Of a stretch of DNA of 64,000 nucleotides, positions 59,857 to 64,000 are shown in pieces. The position numbers and the translations under genes are program-made. Positions within the stretch are counted from its first letter, which is position 1. Each line of letters begins with the position of its first letter. A model generated the notes under the pieces. It had not been told where the DNA came from and ran no database searches. It was given only the letters and a program-made list of their open reading frames with translations. The DNA comes from a bacterium (GTDB lineage: Bacteria > UBA8248), in contig CBDATS010000004.1 in the NCBI GenBank assembly GCA_965200245.1, positions 960,001-1,024,000 on the forward strand, written 5' to 3'.

Positions 59857-61137
59857 GTGAACTCTCTCATCGCCCCAGCCATTTCCGTTCTCATCGTTCT
59901 TGCATCTTTCGGTCTGAATATCACCCTCACTGAAGCCGGGCGTCCGCGCAAGCCGCCCCCGCCGCTTGTGTCCGTGACGAAGGTGGTGGAACGTCAGGTG
60001 AGGAACCGTCTCACCGCTGTGGGCAGCGTGGCCCCGTATCGCCGCTCGGTTGTAAGCAGCCAACTCGAGGGACGTGTACAGTCAGCACCACTCAAGGTGG
60101 GCGATTTCGTCCGCAAGAACAAGACGGTGCTGGCCACGGTGGAGCGATCGGGACTCCAGATCGACCTGCGCATCCTTCAGGCGGAACTTGAAAAGGCACG
60201 CCAAGATCTTCTGCACCTGGAACGCGGCAAACGTCCCGAGGAGATCGCTGCGCTGCAGGCGAAAGTGCGAGAGCGCGAAGCGCAGATGAGAAACAACGAA
60301 CTTGAACTGAACCGTGCGCGCGATTTGTATGAAAAGAAGATTTTGGACAAGGCCAGCTTCGATCGCTCCGAGGCCGCTTATGAGGCCAGTTGGCAGTTGT
60401 ACGAGGAAGCCTCGCGAAACCTTGAGATCGCGAAACTTGGTGCACGAGACGAGGAGAAGGCCCGCGCCAAGGCGGAGGTGGAACGCGTTCATGCGCGCAT
60501 CGCGCGAGTCCGCGACGATCTGGCCAAGACGAAGATTCGATCCCCACTCACTGGCTTCGTAACCCGGGAGTGGGTGGAAGTCGGCCAGTGGCTCACCAAG
60601 GGGGGTCGCGTAGCCGAGGTCATCGAACTCGACAAGGTGCTGGTGCAGGCCCCGATTTCGGAACGGCAAATATCGCTGGTACGCGTGGGCGATGAGACGC
60701 GCGTGGTCATCGACGCGCTGGGTGGCAGGGCGTTCAAGGGTCGGGTGCGCGGCGTCATCCCGCAGGCGGATCCCAAAAGCCGCACCTTCCCTGTGGAGGT
60801 GGGGATAAACAACACCGAATCCTACGATCTGAAGGCCGGCATGTTCGCCCGCCTGAGCCTCGAATACGGAAAAGCGGCCAGCATGGTTCTGGTGCCCAAG
60901 GACGCGCTGATTCTCAGGACGCGCGGGCCTTCGGTCTTCGTATTCGAGCGTGGACGTGTTCGCGAGGTTTCCTTCGAGCAGGGCAGAAGCGTGGATTCTT
61001 TCATGGAAGTTCCTGGCGGCGCGCTCAGACCCGGCATGCAGGTGGTGGTGAAAGGAAACGAGAAACTGAGACCCGGCATGCCCGTTCGCGTGAAGGGCCA
61101 GGGCGGAAGGCCCGGTATGCGCGGGACCGGGGGATGA
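59857..61137 (+). CDS. RND efflux periplasmic adaptor (membrane fusion protein)
   Basis: Biotinyl-like halves flanking a long hairpin, IRSPLTG, AD..SRTF, LKAGMF, VPKDA. Confidence 0.9.
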   Translation: MNSLIAPAISVLIVLASFGLNITLTEAGRPRKPPPPLVSVTKVVERQVRNRLTAVGSVAPYRRSVVSSQLEGRVQSAPLKVGDFVRKNKTVLATVERSGLQIDLRILQAELEKARQDLLHLERGKRPEEIAALQAKVREREAQMRNNELELNRARDLYEKKILDKASFDRSEAAYEASWQLYEEASRNLEIAKLGARDEEKARAKAEVERVHARIARVRDDLAKTKIRSPLTGFVTREWVEVGQWLTKGGRVAEVIELDKVLVQAPISERQISLVRVGDETRVVIDALGGRAFKGRVRGVIPQADPKSRTFPVEVGINNTESYDLKAGMFARLSLEYGKAASMVLVPKDALILRTRGPSVFVFERGRVREVSFEQGRSVDSFMEVPGGALRPGMQVVVKGNEKLRPGMPVRVKGQGGRPGMRGTGG

Positions 61138-61227
61138 TGCGCACCAGACCAAAGCCGTTATGTTGTATAGACGAAATATCCGCACACATGAACAATTCGC
61201 AGCAGAGCCACCGATGAAGGAGAGGGC

Positions 61228-64000
61228 ATGAACCTGCCCCGCGCGAGCGTCAGATATCCCGTGACAACCACCGTCGGCGTAATACTGGCGGTGCTCTTCG
61301 GCGTCATCGGTCTCTACTGGATTCCGGTGCAGATGACGCCCACGATCGACAGGCCCGTCATCACGGTAGAAACCGAATACAGGGGCGCAGCGCCTCTGGA
61401 GGTGGAAGAAGAGGTGACAAAACCCATTGAGGAGAAACTCACCTCGGTGGAGGGCCTTAACCGGATGACCTCGCGCAGCGAGGAGGGCAAATCACGCGTC
61501 TTGCTGGAATTCGACTGGGACGTGAACAAGGATGTGGCTCGCCTTGACGCCTCGGAGAAACTGGGCCTGGTGCGCAACCTGCCCGACGATTCGGAACGTT
61601 CCACGATTAACGCGCTCAACTCCGATTCGGAAAACCCCATCGCCTGGATGGTCGTCGATACGAAACTGCCCATCAACGAGGTTCGCATAGAGGCGGAGAA
61701 CGTCATCCGCCCCAAGCTCGAGCGCGTGACTGGTGTGGGACAGGTGTGGATGTTCGGCGGCCAGGAAAGGGAGGTGCGCGTCACGCTCGATTACGCGGCC
61801 ATGAGCGCGCGCGGCATCACGGTATCTGCGCTCAGAGAGGCCCTGCAGCGCGAGAACAAGAACACCAAGGCAGGGAAGATTGACGAGGGCAAGCGCAGTT
61901 ACGCAGTGCGCACGGTGGGCAACTTCACTCGCCTCGATCAGTTGCGCAACACCATCATTGCGCAAAACGCGAGCGGGGCCGTCTACCTGCGCGACGTCGC
62001 GAAGGTTTCCTTCGACTACAGTGATCTCGAGCGGCGGATTCGTGTCCGACGAGTGCCCACCCTGGCTTTCGGAACTTTTCGAAAAACCGGGGCCAATACC
62101 ATCGAGGTGATGGCGGGGGTCAAAAAAGCGATCGCCGAGATCAACGAAATCTATAAAGGTCGCGGCATCAAGCTCAGACAGGTCTATGACGAGACCGTCT
62201 ACATCGACCAGTCCCGCTCCCTGGTAATCAACAACATCTTCGTGGGCGGCGCGCTGGCCATAGGCGTGCTGCTCCTGTTCTTGGGAAGTCTTTCGAGCGT
62301 GATGGTCATCGGCGTCGCGATTCCGGTCACCGTGGTCTCCACTTTCATATTCATCTTCGTGCTGGGCCGTTCCATCAACATCATCTCGCTCGCCGGCATG
62401 GCGTTCGCCGTCGGGATGGTGGTGGACAACTCCGTCGTGGTGCTGGAGAACATCTTCCGCCACCGCGAGATGGGAAAGAGCAAGTGGGACGCCGCCGTGG
62501 ATGGCGCACACGAGGTATGGGGGGCGGTGTTGGCCTCGACGCTGACCACGCTGGCCGTGTTCATCCCGGTGGTGTTCGTGCAGGACGAATCGGGCCAACT
62601 GTTTCGCGACATTGCCATCGCCATCAGCGTAGCGGTGGCACTCTCTCTCGTGGTGTCGATCTCCGTGGTGCCTATGCTGAGTTCACGCATCCTGGGCGCG
62701 TCGGGAAGGAGATCCCCTGTGGATCGCTTTTTCAGCATGCTGGGAGCGTACGCGCTTGGCAAGCTGAGTCGACGAATCTACGTGGCCACCCTGGGATGGT
62801 TGCTGGGCGGGGTGGTGAGGCGTGTCTTCGTGGCCGCGCTCATCACGGCGGGCGCTATCGGAGTGGCCGTCTTGTCCTTCCCTCCCATCGACTATCTGCC
62901 AAAAGGAAACCGCAACCTCCTGTTCGTTATCATGCGCACGCCCGCGGGCCTGAATCTGGAAGAGGTAGACAAGATCGTGCGCACGCTGGAGGCAAAGCTC
63001 GAACGCACAGAAGAAGTGGACCGGTTTTTCGCCGTGGTACGCTCGCAAAACCCCATTGTCGGCATAATCGCCAAGGAGGAATATTCCGATCTCGTCTCCA
63101 TGCGGCGCCTCGTGCGGAAGTTGTTCAGAAACCTGCAGGGAACGCCCGGGGTGCGCACGTTCGTCACACAGGCACCCCTGTTCCGGCGGAGGGGTTCGGG
63201 CTTTATCGGCGGAATCAATCTCATGGTCGATATCACGGGAGACAGCCTGAGCGAGATTCAGCGCATCGCCGCAGATGTGGGCGCCAGGGCGCGCGGGCTC
63301 AGGGGCGTGCGCTTCGTCAATTCGAGCTTCGACCTTGGAAATCCCGAACTCCAGGTGCACGTGGATCGCCAGAGGGCGTCTGATTTCGGCCTTTCGGTCT
63401 CGGAACTCGGGAGCGTCGTGGAGACGCTCGTGAACGGAACCAAGGCGGGCATTTTCCGCGACCGTGGCGAGGAACTCGACATCATCCTGCGCGGTCCGGT
63501 TTCCGATTTCACCCAGACACAGCGGATCGAGGAACTCAAGCTGCATACGCCGGAGGGTCAGGTCGTCTCGCTCGGAGACATCGCCCGGGTACAGGCGGCA
63601 CTCGGGCCGACCAAGGTCGAGCACATCGACCGTGACCGTTCGGTGACCCTCACGGTCAACATCGGAAGCGAGTTGCCGCTTCAGGTAGCGATCGACAGGA
63701 TGAAGAAAGAGATCATCGAACCGATGCGACAGACGCTTCCACTAGGATATTCACTGAACGTGAGCGGACGGGCCAAGGACCTGGAGCGAACCTGGGCGTC
63801 ACTCAAGTGGTCGTTGCTGCTGGCGATCCTGATCACCTATCTGCTGATGGCGGCTCTGTTCGAGGCGTGGAGCTATCCGTTCATCATCATGTTCAGCGTA
63901 CCGTTCGCCGCCACCGGCGGCGTGCTGATGGTAAGCCTCATGAACGCGATTGAACCATCTGTGAAAATGGATACGCTCACCATGCTGGGCTTCATCATCC
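61228..64000 (+). CDS. RND efflux permease (AcrB/AcrD/AcrF family), runs off window end
   Basis: Not in ORF track. Manual translation gives MNLPRASVRYPVTT.., GAAPLEVEEEVTKPIEE, SINIISLAGMAFAVGMVVDNSVVVLENI, ASTLTT. Confidence 0.92.
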   Translation, partial: MNLPRASVRYPVTTTVGVILAVLFGVIGLYWIPVQMTPTIDRPVITVETEYRGAAPLEVEEEVTKPIEEKLTSVEGLNRMTSRSEEGKSRVLLEFDWDVNKDVARLDASEKLGLVRNLPDDSERSTINALNSDSENPIAWMVVDTKLPINEVRIEAENVIRPKLERVTGVGQVWMFGGQEREVRVTLDYAAMSARGITVSALREALQRENKNTKAGKIDEGKRSYAVRTVGNFTRLDQLRNTIIAQNASGAVYLRDVAKVSFDYSDLERRIRVRRVPTLAFGTFRKTGANTIEVMAGVKKAIAEINEIYKGRGIKLRQVYDETVYIDQSRSLVINNIFVGGALAIGVLLLFLGSLSSVMVIGVAIPVTVVSTFIFIFVLGRSINIISLAGMAFAVGMVVDNSVVVLENIFRHREMGKSKWDAAVDGAHEVWGAVLASTLTTLAVFIPVVFVQDESGQLFRDIAIAISVAVALSLVVSISVVPMLSSRILGASGRRSPVDRFFSMLGAYALGKLSRRIYVATLGWLLGGVVRRVFVAALITAGAIGVAVLSFPPIDYLPKGNRNLLFVIMRTPAGLNLEEVDKIVRTLEAKLERTEEVDRFFAVVRSQNPIVGIIAKEEYSDLVSMRRLVRKLFRNLQGTPGVRTFVTQAPLFRRRGSGFIGGINLMVDITGDSLSEIQRIAADVGARARGLRGVRFVNSSFDLGNPELQVHVDRQRASDFGLSVSELGSVVETLVNGTKAGIFRDRGEELDIILRGPVSDFTQTQRIEELKLHTPEGQVVSLGDIARVQAALGPTKVEHIDRDRSVTLTVNIGSELPLQVAIDRMKKEIIEPMRQTLPLGYSLNVSGRAKDLERTWASLKWSLLLAILITYLLMAALFEAWSYPFIIMFSVPFAATGGVLMVSLMNAIEPSVKMDTLTMLGFII

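Overview
GC-rich bacterial chromosome segment, mostly catabolic and housekeeping genes. The atpF'-F-H-A-G-D-C order without atpB/E resembles Deltaproteobacteria/Nitrospinota-like genomes; this is a weak inference. In order: a B12 acyl-CoA mutase operon with a divergent active site; SDR plus ATP-grasp ligase; nfuA; a decayed IS1-family element (24-bp inverted repeats, 8226-10550) carrying an intact ParA plus small helical protein cassette; a cluster of two bicupins, Zn-dehydrogenase, hydrolase and maleate isomerase; a decayed restriction-modification locus with an IS256 remnant; a GntR/M24/DRE-TIM operon; an operon of TIM-barrel, amgK, two GNATs, mshA-like GT4, PIG-L deacetylase and nagZ; ychF; CoA-transferase and HMG-CoA lyase; dpp permeases; two tandem ThDP E1 alpha/beta pairs with no E2/E3; ABC binding protein, LLM and creatinase-like genes; the ATP synthase operon; a TAXI-TRAP transporter; two-domain thyX; and an RND efflux pair running off the end. 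No rRNA, tRNA or CRISPR array was seen. Best candidates for undescribed systems: the mshA/PIG-L/Fem-like GNAT operon between peptidoglycan-recycling genes, the IS-borne ParA cassette, the duplicated E1 with one beta subunit lacking its catalytic Glu, and the divergent mutase. All calls are by motif recognition; no database searches were run.
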